Origin: Flectonema sp. DT1601
Lineage: Eukaryota
Length of the DNA: 64,000 nucleotides
Assembly (NCBI GenBank): GCA_964019425.1
Contig: OZ025800.1
Span: 248,001 to 312,000 of the forward strand
Direction of reading: 5' to 3'
Below are positions 1 to 13,530 of this stretch, piece after piece. A model generated the notes under the pieces. It was not told where the DNA came from. It did no database searches and saw only the letters and a list, made by a program, of their open reading frames with translations. Position 1 is the stretch's first letter. Each line of letters starts with the position of its first letter. The translations under genes and the position numbers were made by a program.

Positions 1-518
1 CTCCTTTTATGATGTGAACAGGTGGATAGCAGGATATTTTTTTTCTTTTTGCTTAAAAGCAATAAAGAAAGATATAAATAATAATAAAAAACGACAAACA
101 AACAGAAGTAACATGCCGCAAACAACATTAGATGCATGCCTACTTCAAATATACTAGCTAGTCCAGTAGGATTAATAACGAAATAAAGCCGAAAGGAACA
201 AAACAAAAAAAACTACGTAACTTGGAGTGAGAGTGAGGGGACAAAGAAGAAGGGGGAAAAAAAAAAAAAAATACTGAAACACTGAAAATATTGCAATAAA
301 ATAGGAGGAGTCAATCGCAGCAGTAACGCATGTCCTAATAATTATCGAGGTACAGTTTTCATAGTTAATTGTGTGATCACACCTTTTTGGATAAATTCCA
401 ACTTAACGTCAGCAGCACACTCAAAAAAAAAACCAAAACATTGTGGATGACCTGCACAATATAATTATCAGTATCCTTTTTAAGGCGCACCCATGAAAAA
501 GAACTCTCTCTTGCCAGA

Positions 519-3500
519 CTAAATGTTGATAGAAGATTCAGCTCTCGGACCGAGTCCACCAGCGAACTGATCTATTGATTGCGTGATGTTATTTCCTTGA
601 TAAGTTGCTTCATTGATGTCTCTTGGAGTCGAGTTATTCCCTTTCGTTACTTTCCTATTACGCGATTGCCTTGCAAGAATTACTGGTGTTTTCAATAACA
701 TAGCCATGGCTCTGGCAATTTGAAGTGCCTTGGCAGGTTGGTGAAGTGGAGGGTATTTTCCATTTCTCCCAAATGAAATATCTAACAAACCGCTGTGTTG
801 AAAACTCTCAATCGAATCAATTTTTGGATCAACCAGCTTTACGGATCTCATTGTGTGAGGAAACCAATTACACCGCTCTAGTTCTTCTTCATGCTTTTCA
901 CCCACATTACGAGGTTTTTTACCTTTGTTCGTAGCCTTGAATATTGAACCTATTGTGTTCCTCATCTTTTCAGCTTCGGCTGCTGTCCTACAAACTAAAT
1001 TAAATCGGATTTCAGATCCCCATCGGCCGTCAACACCTTCAGATTTGGTTGCTACGGCGTTTATCAATACAGCTGGAAATCTGTTTTTTTTTTTTTTTTT
1101 TTTTTTTTTCCCCCAAAGTTTCTATCAAGTGACAATAAACAAAACTACATACTCAAATAAATCAGAAAGCTCGTTTTCATAAAGCGCGTCGTTGTCGGTG
1201 CGTTCCTCGTGTGTGATTTGCTTTCCTCGAAGCACATGCGGGAGCTCAAAAGTGACGTCATTATCTCTTATAGTAAACTGACCAGTAATCACAGAAGGAA
1301 CTTCAGGAAACAGTTGACAGAAGTCATCAACGTACCTGCTGAGTTTGTACTTTCCTTCAGTAGCACCGATACTTTCTCCAATGTTACTCGTTGTTAAGAA
1401 TTTCAAACAATAAAAAACCATAGCATGATGAAACAAATGAACCAATAAGAAGTACACAATCGATCCGATGGCTGAAAACAGTTCATTGTAGTCACTCTTC
1501 AGTTCACTTTTACTCATTAAGGCTGGTATAAATGCGAGCATAGCAGCAAACAAAGATGCGACTAAATGAGTATTTGCATAAATACGAACAATGAAAGCGA
1601 ATTCCGGCTTCTTTGCAATTCCCCGAGGAATGCTGCCGTCTTCTTGCCAATTGTCTTCATTGAACGGACGGTCGCTGACGACAGTTCCAAGAACTGCTGT
1701 CGAGTGAGTGGCGAGTAGCAGTGGGACAATTAACTCATCGGTGTCTACAAACGAAATATTCAAATGATGTGTTGATATGTAGAGTAGTCCGTACACGATA
1801 ATATACGCAATATCCATGGCCCTCGGGAACCTTACGATCTGAACAGAAATAGTCAAAATAAAACCAAAACTGAAAACAGTAGCAGCAGTAATAAGAGCAA
1901 CCAAAGGAGCATCACGTCTCTTACCAATTGCTACTGTTACCAATCCTGCAAAGAGTGATACAGGAAGGTACCCAACGGTCGCCCAAAACTTTTGCACGAA
2001 GGGAACGCGAGGTTTTTCTAATATTAGAAACTCCCGAGAGAGAACCTCAATCGTATTTCCGCTATCAGGTAAGTATTTATTTGCCTCATTAACGCTGTGG
2101 TCTTGCAACTTTGGCCTCCAAGTTGACGTAACAGGAATAGTAGCAATACTTGGGATTAGAGCATCTGAAGGATACACATATCCTTCAAGTGATCTCCTAA
2201 CGTAGTTCTTAGACTCTGCATCCCGACATGCATTAATACTGGCACATAACATGTGATCACGTCTCTTGCTGTTGTAGTAAAGATAAAGCGGTTCCAGATT
2301 ACTACGAGAATGACTCATTCCATCACCACGAGGATGAGTAAATACCTGACCGAGTTCACACACTTGACGATAACCGTGAGCAATAGCCCAATTTCTAGTT
2401 TTATTCGATGCAGCTACAAGTGTATTAGTTCGAAGCTGGCAATAATAAACAACTATAGGAATGCTGAGTGCAACTTGAGGAGGCTCTTCACAAACGCGGA
2501 CAGCTTCCTTCAAGAAAACAGATTTATGGTGATCGCTGGGTTCCAGAGAGCTGACTTGTGACGACCACAAGTTTCTGAATTCTGGGCTGTATCTCGAACC
2601 GGATCGAAGTGCGAAAAGTATCTCACCACGGTCGCGGAGGTTATTATTTCCGGCCATCCTCCTGATGGCAGTTCCGTATCCGTTTCCACCATCACCACCT
2701 CTCCTGTGGGCATGGGGTCTGTATATAAAACTCGGTTGGAAATATGGCAAAATATTCCTTTCTGCGAAAGTACCACTCACTAAGAACTCACCTGTCGAGT
2801 TCAAAGTTACAGGATGTCCCGCATGTTTGTAGTTTGCCAAGTTAGGAGGGAGAATAGAAATCATGTCTCCCTTATTCACAATCCGATACGACTCTGGTAC
2901 ATATTTCTCACAAAGTTTTACAAAGGCGCTATTGCCAACTCTAGGACAACCAAAGTTGTAGACAATGATGTTGCGCTCAACATTTACTTTCTTATCAGTC
3001 GCGAAGTCAAGAGCTGCTAAAGTAGCCAATGCACCACCAAGTGAATGACCAGTGAAAACTAAGGGGCTGACGTTATCAGGTGACTCTGGGTAAAATATTT
3101 CTTTAATTTCAGGATTATCATTCATGATGTGTTTCATTTCTTTTTTTAAATTCTGCCAAAGTTGGAAGAACCCTTTGTGAACACCAACGGGGTCTTCATT
3201 CGGAATTTCCATCTGTGCCTTGCAACACGTTATATCAGTTAGCGCATTTCGCAGGTCGGTTTTACCTTGCTGCATTAAAATAGTACCTCTGAATGAGACG
3301 TAGTATGTATTACCTTTCTCCAAAATCCAACATGTAGTCTGACCCGGAAAGTTGTCATCGAAGTCGTCCGATTCTTTTGATGAGCAACAAAGACCCGAAG
3401 GACACATTTTTGGTTCGTTCTTTTCATTGCTAAAGAACTTGTGTTTAAGAGTGTATCCAGCTTTTTTCAACCAACCAAATTTCTTCTCAACCGAAATTTT

Positions 3501-6500
3501 GTTTTCCCTTGGCTTCCGTTGCAGCGCTTCTCGTATCATCATCAGTGCTTCCGTGACAGGGTCTCGACATGGTGTGGCATTTTTCAAATCAGCCAATCCT
3601 AATTTAAGAAGAGCCTTGCTATTAGCGACTGGTAAGTTCTTCTGTATGAGATTATAAACAGTTATTTCATCATCTAAAGCATCATTATATATTAATAGCC
3701 ATTCGTCAACTAGTTCTAGTTTCATAGTTGAGTTTGAGTCTTTCATACTTTTCACAGAGACTTCTACGATGTACTCCCGGAATGCACTTTCAAAGCAGAT
3801 CATTTTTCTGGTAGACTTTCTAATTAATTTATTTGATTTGGTCCACTTGGTAAATTTTTCTTTTGAGATTATCGGATTTTGGTGTTTTTTATCAGCCTTG
3901 CTTATGTAAGCTTGAAGTTCTTTCTCAACGACTTGCAGCTGACAGAGATTCAAGATTCGTGTGTAAGTGTTGACATTGTCTAAGAGACATTGACATTTGG
4001 GAAGAGGTTCTTTATGTGATTGATGATGATTATATTCAATTATTCTAACTAACATGTCCTTGAAGAGATTTCGGATTTCTTCTACGTCTGCGATGGTCAT
4101 GACACTGTTTATGTATTCTTCTGAAATAGGTACGTCATTCTCAGAGCATTGGACAATGACTGCAGGGTTCTCAGGGATTCCTGTCCCTATAGATGGGTTC
4201 AGTTGACCAGGTTGATAATTCGTATCAACCAAAGTCTTTCTTCCTGTTCGAAGGAGGACCTTAGAAAATGGAGTTGGAGATGTAGACAGGTGCATAGCAT
4301 CTAAAAATGTTCTCCAAACAATAGACATCCCCCGTCCAACATCACCCCATGCTCGTAATATAGAAGTTCTCTCATTCGTATCCAACGAATCACTTTCACA
4401 GTCCAGTTGTAAAGATCTCATTGTCAGTTCTTCGAGAAATTTTCGCAGTCGAGAACTTCCTTTAAATGAATTTCTCGCTTCTTTTACCAAAGTTGCTAAT
4501 TTATGTTCAGATGGGACGAAGGCATCACATGATTTTGTTTCGAATTCCTCATAGAGGCTGATGAGCGTATTCTCACTCGCACCAGAAGCTATCTTATTGT
4601 ATTTTATCATATCCTGATCTTCAGATATTAATTGAACTCCTCGTTCATCTGTTGCGAACACAGCAGAAACAATACTAGTGACGCACAGTGAGATGTTTTC
4701 TTTGTGACAATGTGAAAATATAGCAGACAAAACTTCTTTTTGGAATTCAGTATCGGTTTCTTCTTGTAAGACTTTGTGTATTTCACGGAATGAATTTCGT
4801 CGGACGACAGATTCGACTTCCTCTTCTGAACGGACGTCTTTGTGACGTCTGTAGCTGATTCCAAGAGTTGACTCGAATGATGTTCTTCGTTCTTTAGTTC
4901 TTGTAATGTTACTTTTTAACTTATCGATAGCTGACATTTTGTCTAATTCTTTTTCACTGTCTCGTAGCTTTAGTTTCGCTCCTTGTTTCCTTTCAGTATC
5001 TCGTTGCTTAAGCTGAAATAACGCTGCGGACAGTTTGTTGATGACTGTGTGTTGCATTTCTTCTTTTCGTCCATCGATTTCTGAAACCCACTCGTAGATT
5101 TCGTCGTCAGATTTTCGGGAATATGTTATAATCTTTTCAGCTGTTAACTCGCGCCTCCATTCTGCGAGATCTTTTTGTATATAAAGAACGTCATTACAAT
5201 TCCTTCTAATCATTGAAAGCATATCTGAGGTTGGGATGTCGTCGAAATACCTTTTCTCTAATACTCGACTACGTGTTGACAACAACGCAGCTCGACATTC
5301 CGCAGATTGCTCATACTTTGCCCAAAGACATTTCAGTATGAGTGCTTCTTTTTGTTGCCTTGGTAGGCATATTGGTTTTTTACAATTACGAGTGTCATCA
5401 TCTATATCATCATTGTTATGTCTATGATCCATTAACTTGTGGTACGTTTGTTTTGCTTCTGCTGCTGTTGAGGCTTGCAATACCTTCTTTGCATCTTTCG
5501 GAGACTCACACATTAGTAACTGACTGTAGTAATAGTGGTACAGACTAGGTCGAGTCCGGCCGTCAATCAGTAGTTTTGGTGCCACCGGATAGTCATGACT
5601 GAGCTGAAGGTCTTGTCTTTCATGACATCCCTTCTCTTCTTCTCCTTCCATTTGGTTCTCTTCAAATGGACTTATTGACTCGTAGGCCAGAGTAGAACAG
5701 TGAAAGCAATTTACTGCTGTTTCTATACAGAAAGTTCGCTGCATTTCCCTACGACGAGTGCTGACGGTTGATGGCTCTTGACTAACCTCATCAAAATCAG
5801 GACAGTTGTTCTCTGCGTCACTTCCTGGTTCTGAAGCTATTTCTCTTTTCTCTCTTCTCTTTGCATCTTGCATCGCTTGTAGCAAGATCTCCTTTTCTTG
5901 AATTGTTTTGACATATCGCAGACGTGATCCCCCAGTGTCTTGTAAGTAAGCAATATAATTCTCCTCATTGAGATCTCCAGGGTCGAGGGTTCTTGGAACA
6001 ATTGGGGGGCAAACAGCTACAGCAAAGCAAGCATATAGTGGAACACCCAACCCTATAAAGGACATTGTATCCCACCTACGACGGAAGTTTTCAACGTGGC
6101 GGACGGGTTTTGCAAACTGAAATATTATTAATGCAACAATAACAACTCCTACTATCACCATACGTACCATGTGATATAGTAAGTGTTGATACCTTGCATG
6201 TCTGTAACCCAGACGTTTCAGTTTACGGCCACTCCGAACTGTAAAGGCGATCATAGTAATAAACCAAAATATAATTATTGTTTCTCTTGTGTCTTCTGCC
6301 CAACTATTACTCGATGCAAACAGAACTGCTTCTCTTTTCCCAGAAAAATCACCCGGAACATATCTTTTCCATTCTCGTTGGGCAAGAACAAATACATCAG
6401 ATGCCCCAAGGAATATTCCTACCAATACAGAGACCACTACAGACGATGTTTGAACAAGTGATTGCAAACTAGAGTCTCTCTCCGCAGGAAGCCAACCAGA

Positions 6501-9353
6501 GACACCGACTTCGATTTCAGGTCCAAAAGACTCGACAACAAGTACGAGTGCTGCAGCAGCAGCAACATCAGCAGTAATTGCAAGTTCATTACCAGTTGTG
6601 AATTCTGGTGTGGGAAGTAGAACTTCTTGATGTAATGTTCCTCTGAGAGCAGTAGGACTTAAAGTAATCCATTTATAGTCTAAGATTCTATCTTGGTCTT
6701 CTGATATAGTAGTACGAGGAGTAGCGAGGGTTCCTCTCAGTGGCTTACACGGATCGTACTCAATTCGAATACCGATTGTTAAAGTATCATCTCTATTCAA
6801 ATTCAAATCATCGAGCGCAAACTGAAATATCGACCACGACTGTGACTGCGACGAGATAAAGTCACTCGCCTCTTCAGCCATGTTGAGAGAGTTCCAAACA
6901 CGTATGAAGTCACTCTTTCGTAGTTTTTCAGGTAACGTGGACTCTTTCTCTGACTGAACACCACATCTAGAACGAAAAGCAGCTTTCCAATTCTTCTTTC
7001 CATTCCCTGGTAAATTATCAACATTGAGAAGGTTACGAAGCTGTTCATCGTGTTCTATAAATTCAATTACTTTGTCTAACATTTTATTGTGACGAAGTTT
7101 AGTATCTTTTTCCATCAACGCCAAGTATTCGTCAATCTTATTTGATACGTCTTTTAGCACTCTATTTGTGCTTAGTCTACGCCAGGCATCTACAAAAGCA
7201 ATTTGTGTTAACTCATCTGATAAGGCGCATCTGAATTCAGTTTTCCAATCTGTGAATTTGTCTAAGTGAAGTTTTCCTACCACATTGTGGTTATTTTGAA
7301 GAACTTGTATTGCTTGTTCAACTGGCGTTGGTCCTTGCTGTAGGCTACCAGATTCTATATCAGCTGTTTCTTTTATGTGATCTAGGACGAATGTTGCTGC
7401 GTTTGTTGCATTAGTGACATCTTGTGTGAATTTAGCAGTGCCTTCAGGAAATCGGATCCGCTCCAGCTGCTTTGCCGTCACAATATTCGGCCACACCTCA
7501 GCCAAAAAACCCGGAGAAAGAATTGTACTCTCCCTACACTCTGCTTTAAGAGATCCTTCCCAGTCTCTGTGCTTTGACAGTTGAAGCATTTCCCGAATGT
7601 CTTTGTGAGATTTAATAAAAGAAATAACATCATCTATGGGTCTTCTGTTTGTTATTTCCGCACACATTGAGTACGCCTCATAGAGGTCTCGCTTGCTAAC
7701 GTGATACCTCGGATCTCGTCGCAGCTTTACTTCAACACTAACAGGTGGGGGCTTGTCTCGGCCTCCCATAAAAAGCCGCTGTTGCAAGCTGTACACCCTA
7801 ACATCTAACAGTGTCGGTACATCAGTGATTAAATTCGTATTAGCAATAAGCGACAAGATGAATGTTGCCATCGCTGCTATAAACCATCTAGGGCCGATAT
7901 CATCAACTATTGCGTAAATCCAATGATCTGATCCAACAAGAACAGAAGGAAGGTACAACGGATTAAGCATTAAAAGCAGAAAAGGTGTCACACCAAAGAC
8001 AAATCTTCCGGTAGCAATATGTGGCTGCTTAGCATTAATACGTCTCCACAGACGTAAGAACATTGCGACTACTCCAATGCAGATGAGCACAAAGCTTGTG
8101 TATCGGACAACTGTTTCAACATAAAACCAATGACGGTTTCCATAAAAGACGACTGCTTCCGCCAAGAGTGGTACATCCTCGCCACAGCTACTGTGAGATA
8201 CCGAGAAGACCCACTGACCTTCTCGATTACTACCAATCTGTGATGAGTAAAGCAGTATCGCACAGAGATCATGTGATACCTCCTCACAGTGCTTAATGTC
8301 CAGTTGCTCAACATGAAATTGTCCACTCGGATCTTGCACAGTTGCCGTGACATTCGGATGACAGCTATCGTGAACTCCCTTGCCTCCAGCTCGTAGTATG
8401 AGAGAGAGTAGTACCTCAACGTTTGCAGTACTTAGTTTTATCGGCTCAAAGATGTGCTCGACTGCAGTCTCCGTATCACGTAGTTGCCCAAATTGGTTGG
8501 GTGGTATTTTACATTTTGGGTGGTGGTCTGGTATGGGGTCACGTGTTGGGTTTCCTTGGTAGTCACATTCTCCTCCGCAAGGGGTGACGCAGACGTGGCG
8601 ATAATCTGCGACTTTTGCTTCAACGCCAATGAATAATGCCAACGTGATAATATATAGTAATGGCACAACCCAGTCACGAGCTGTTTCAGAAACTCCAACA
8701 CTGCCTACTCTGTTCTCACCCGATGCGGCCATTACCTCGAGTAGAATTCGTGACTTGGGAACCCTCCAACACCATTGTTTGAAGAAACCCTTTGATGATA
8801 CCTTCATTGTGTCAGCATCTAGTAAGTGATATCCCTCTTGGTCTCCTGTCAATTTGTTCCCTTCCTCCACTTCAGCACCGTCTTCGGCTATTATCTTGGC
8901 GACTGTTTTCATCTTAAGGATGTTATTCTTTTTCTTTTTGCTGTCCTGCTTTTCGTTCTGTTGCTCATCGCTCTTGAGATTTTTGAAGGAAAGCATTAGA
9001 GCGTCACTTCCTAAGGCGATTTGTTCCTTGTCTTCATCTAGAAGTTCATTTATACCAGTAGTATGCAATCGGATACTTGATAAACGTCTCTTCTCCTGTG
9101 CTAAAGCCTCTCGTTTGTAGTCATCCGTGTCTTGTTCTGTGACGTACTCGTTACCAAGAGCTTCAAATGTAGCAAGTTCAAACCCATGTAAAGGCATTTC
9201 CCCATTTTCAGGCAGCCTGCAGGTCGACATACTGGTACTGGTATCAGTAGAAGTGCTATCTTGCCGCCTTGCAGGTAAAGGTTGCTTTCTATCACTAATT
9301 GAACCAGTCGTGTTTTCCTGGTGATCATCTAAGCCATACGGCTCCGAACTCAT
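519..9353 (-). CDS. Giant multi-pass membrane protein with TMEM181/Wntless-like TM region, degenerate NADAR domain, class 3 lipase domain, DUF5648-like repeats and C-terminal TM helices; exons 9353-1153 and 1080-519
   Basis: 2742-aa ORF joins in frame to ORF 519..1067 via intron 1152-1081 (GA|gtatgt...aaacag|A gives ...LFE-FPAVLINAV...). Lipase motifs: VSFRGT, VHKGF, FTGHSLGGALA, YNFGCPRVGN, IVNKGD. Confidence 0.85.
1081..1152 (-). other. Spliceosomal intron (72 nt), GTATGT...A-run ACAG
   Basis: Removal joins ORFs 1125..9353 and 519..1067 in frame. Confidence 0.8.
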
Positions 9354-10484
9354 TTTGCAAGCACTCTGTCTCGCTCTCCCCTCCCACGGGAGCGACCTGT
9401 GAGTGTTAAAATAAATAAATTAACGATACAAAAGAAAAACAACAATTTTTCAATCATCTGGTTTCTAATATAGAATATCACTACATTGGTTAGCCATCAC
9501 CTGGTTGTCATGAGAAAAGACCAAACAAATGTGAATGACGGGGGGATTTTAAAAAAAAAAAAAAAAAAAAATCTTTTTTTTTTAATTACCTTATCGCGTA
9601 TACATAACTTAAATATTAAACTAAAATACTAAAAGTATTAATGGTAACGACGAAATCTGTCAATAGGCGAGGAGAATGAAGGGGAAAAGGGGGTGTGTTT
9701 TAATTATTCTTCATACCTTGCTAAAAGGATACAGTGGAGGTTATTATCAAAAGGACCTAAAACAGTATTACGATTTACGATTCTATTCACTTATTATATT
9801 GCATGCGTGAGACATGCGGTATTAGAGATGGTTAAAACGACAACCAGAATACGTAACCTCGTCATAAATATATATCTAAGTAATCTGGTAAGGGGAAGGG
9901 AGAGAACGGGGGGATTTTTTTTTTTTTTTCATTCTCTGATTGTGTTTCTCCTTTTGACTATTAGCTTCCAACGATGGAGGAAAAAAAAAAAAAAAAAAAA
10001 AACTCGCTGATGAAAGCTTAAGTTTGAAGGTAATAAAAAATCTGTTTTATCGAGAGTACGACGGAAGCGTAAAACGAATTACAGAGACCTCGATAACACA
10101 CAAAAAAAACAAACACATCAAATAAACCCCAGATCCATATTCATTATAGACTGTTGGTTCCCGTTTCGGTCAACTGTATCCACCACATTCCCAAGGGTTT
10201 AATCAAAAGAAGTAACTGTGTTGGACTTTTCGGACATGTATTAGCAATGGACAGAAATATCAGATTAGTTCTGAAAGAGAATACTGAGGAAATGCCAAAA
10301 TTTTATAAAAAGAAACAAACCAAATACGTAAACACAGGGGAAGGGATAGAACAGTTATTGTTCTTTTTTTTTTTTTGTCTGAAGGTACTCGATTAAAATA
10401 ATAAAAAACTGTACGTATCATGTTATTGAAAACAGCCATACCACCATAAGTAGTGGATGTGAACACTCACTGTTTTGCATTAGG

Positions 10485-11525
10485 CTATGCCGTTCCTGTA
10501 CGTGGATTTCTAGAAGCCGCTGGAGACTTTGAGCCTCCCTGAGGTGTGAACATAGTTGATAGCCGCCTTCTAATAGGAATAGTAGGAGAACGAGACTTAG
10601 ATACAGAAAGCTGAGGGGAGGCATAAGGCTTTTTAGCCGAAGGTGTTCTTGTATAACTAACTTCTCTTGTTGACCTTGACAAGACCGTCGATCTCACAAC
10701 TGTATTGGCTCCATAAGTACCCTGTGACTTAAAGACAGGTGTAGACTGCCTTGGGGAGAGTAACGTGTCAATATTGGTTTCACTTGCAGCTGCTACGAGG
10801 GTTTTAATTTTTCTACTTTGTGCTTTAATAAGTAACTCTGAAGAAGACATATCAGACTTTAATGATCCCACCTCCGCCTTGAGGGCTACAATTTCAGAGG
10901 TCTGATTCGCATTTTCAGATTTCAAGACGCTCAGGGCCTTGACGGCTGCTGAAACAGCAGAGCCGCTGTTGACGGATTCGAAAGCTTCGATATTGTTTTC
11001 TGATGTGAGGTCAGTCACTGCTTTGCTGACTTCATTCAATAGATCAGCTGCCTCCTTCCATCCACTAGCGTTACTTTCTCTTTGAGATCTTCCAGTCACA
11101 AACTCACAGCAACCCTCCAACAATGAGCGAACAACGGTGAGTCGTTCGGTTATGGCTGGGGCTGGAGTACTTTGCATTTTTGCTATTATCTTAGTGAGTG
11201 ACTTTACCTTGTCCTGCAGCTGTTGGTTTGGTTCGTATGGAGCCGGAGGATGCTCCTGCGGTGGTGGCGGCGGACTCGAAGTGCTATTCAACCTCAACTG
11301 CCGTATCTCTTCATCTCTTTCATGTATGAGATTTACGAGTTCTTCTGCTTCCATTTCCATCTCTTTTCGTTCATCCAGCAGTTGGTTGATTCTTATTTGA
11401 AGTTTCTCTTCCTTTGGAGTACTCGGTGATCCATTATTTCCATTTGTGGTAGTGCTTCCATTTTCAGTGGGCGCTTGACCGTTTCCTTCTACCATTTCTG
11501 TTGATACCTGTGGGTCAGTTATCAT
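10485..11525 (-). CDS. Hypothetical coiled-coil protein with Ser/Arg/Pro-rich tail (start may be the ATG at 11495)
   Basis: 346-aa ORF with heptad-rich segments. Confidence 0.75.
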   Translation of the reverse strand: MITDPQVSTEMVEGNGQAPTENGSTTTNGNNGSPSTPKEEKLQIRINQLLDERKEMEMEAEELVNLIHERDEEIRQLRLNSTSSPPPPPQEHPPAPYEPNQQLQDKVKSLTKIIAKMQSTPAPAITERLTVVRSLLEGCCEFVTGRSQRESNASGWKEAADLLNEVSKAVTDLTSENNIEAFESVNSGSAVSAAVKALSVLKSENANQTSEIVALKAEVGSLKSDMSSSELLIKAQSRKIKTLVAAASETNIDTLLSPRQSTPVFKSQGTYGANTVVRSTVLSRSTREVSYTRTPSAKKPYASPQLSVSKSRSPTIPIRRRLSTMFTPQGGSKSPAASRNPRTGTA

Positions 11526-12996
11526 TAGTAAGTAAGGATTACTTATGCCCTCATTGTCATTGGGTGTTAACTGATGAATAAAAAAAAAGCATTACTTGAT
11601 TTTACACACACAGAGTAAACAATTTCTTTGACGTGCAATAAATTAATTTCAGCGACGATTTTTGTTGTTGTTGTTTTTTTTTTTTTTTTTTTTCATTTCA
11701 TTTCTTTCTTTTCATCACTTCTTTATTCACGTTTTTTTTGTTTTTTTAAAAATGACCTTTTTGTGTTTTTCATCATATCCTTTTTTGTTGTCCAATGTAA
11801 AACACCTCCGGCCTAAGCTTTTGAGGGAAAATAATAAAAATCAGAGAAAACAACGCAAAACAAAAGTAAGATTCCTAGTGGTTTGTCTATTGTACTTATG
11901 TTACATTGTATTGCAAACACGCATTACTAATGAAAAAAGAAAACGTTGTTTGAATACCCACTGCCTTAAGAAAACAAATTGCTTCCCTTGGTTTGAAAAC
12001 GATTTTTACGGGGAAAACCATCTCAATCACATTTTGGGGGATTGCATGCTGTTCGTGGCAATAGATAATAGCTCGTCGCGGGGGAAAATAATAAAAAAAG
12101 GTAAAGCAAAGTACTCCAGCATGAACCTGGGAGAATGATCACAATGACAGAAACACAAAGAAAAAACATAAACAGATTTTTTTTTTAAAAAAAGATTGAA
12201 AGTATTGCAATATTGCAATGTAAAAACAACAAACCGAATAAAGCACACAGACACACGGAAAATGTTTAAACAGCGAGAGCTGTGTTTCACTGTATCAGCA
12301 ACTGAGTAAACGAGTGAGATGACCTGAACAAAATTGATTTCCAGCGCGTGATTCCAAACAAAACAGAAAACCTCGATGCAATGCTTGTCAATACAACACA
12401 AGAAAAAAAAATAAGAAAGAAAAGGGAACAAAAAATAGAGCGAAACTACGCAATTAATCCCAACGCTTTCTAAATTTTTTTTTTTTTTTTTTTTTTGTTG
12501 TTGTCTTTTTATTATTATTACCAATACATTCAAGCATATATTCCTCTTCGAGGTAAATAAGAATGAAAAAAAAGGCAACGATATCACCCTGACAAAGAGG
12601 TTATAACACAAAGTGTACAGATTGTTTTGTATATCTTTCTCTACGAGTAAAATAACAAAACAAAAACAAAAACTATTGGCTCTTCCAAAAAAAAAAAAAA
12701 AAAAAAAGCTCTTTATAGGTTATTCGCAGCATTACATCATATCAGATTCTTTGTTTGCTTTATATACCATAGCAAGAGCATTTGTCGAAATTAGTAAGTT
12801 AGTGAAATCGGCGTGGGGTAAGGTTATATACAGTAAACTTTATGTGAGCACGCCTCATGATAATAGGTAATGGTCCAATTTTTATTAGTCAACGTGTTGT
12901 TATTTTTTTATTTTTGCGAGAAGAGAGCTTATGTCCGAAAACATCACACAGAATACACAAGACATGCCATATTTAATCTCATTGTTATACAGCACA

Positions 12997-13530
12997 TTGC
13001 ACTCACACACTCGTCGACTCAAGCTGAGTGGCTACGTATACATCACCAGAGTTACCATGAAATACTGCATAAACTAAACTAGTATTTCATCTCTACTAAC
13101 TCTCCTCACCTGAACATTCTGAACTGATGAGGCGGCACCAGCAGCGAGGCGAAGTCACTTTGCATTCCACACTCGTTATCTTTAAGCCAAGTGGCTACGC
13201 AAGACTTCACAGATCTTACGGAAGTTGCCTGTTACACATTTTTTTTTATCTAACTTAAGTGTGATCCCTGCCAACTCCCCCCTACGAAGTTTGTTAACGG
13301 TGGGGGTTGCACTCAACATAAAAACAAGTTCGCGTCGCATTCCACTCTCGTCGTCTTTAAGCCGAATGGCTACGCAAGATTTCACAGATCTTACGGGAGT
13401 TGCCTTGCTACACTTGTCGTACTATCAAATTCAAGTGTAGCTTCTCTGCCAAAACTCCCCCCCCGAATGGACTCAAATCGCGGGGTTGCACTCAACATAA
13501 AAACAAATTCGCGTCGCACTCCACACGCGT
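12997..13530. repeat. Degenerate tandem repeat, ~165-180 bp unit, about 3 copies
   Basis: GGCTACGCAAGAYTTCACAGATCTTACGGRAGTTGCC at ~13193 and ~13368; GGGGTTGCACTCAACATAAAAACAA at ~13303 and ~13482; weaker copy near 13000. Confidence 0.8.

Noticed and set aside
377..559. 60-aa ORF as a further exon of the lipase gene
   Set aside because: The preceding exon already ends with a stop at 519 and no convincing splice pair was found
11628..13082. ORFs rich in poly-Phe or poly-Lys, including 12027..12611
   Set aside because: They arise from homopolymer runs in non-coding DNA and have no protein-like composition
10007..13160. CTGATGA motifs at ~10007 and ~13124 as hammerhead ribozyme cores
   Set aside because: No properly placed GAAA after a stem II and no closing stems
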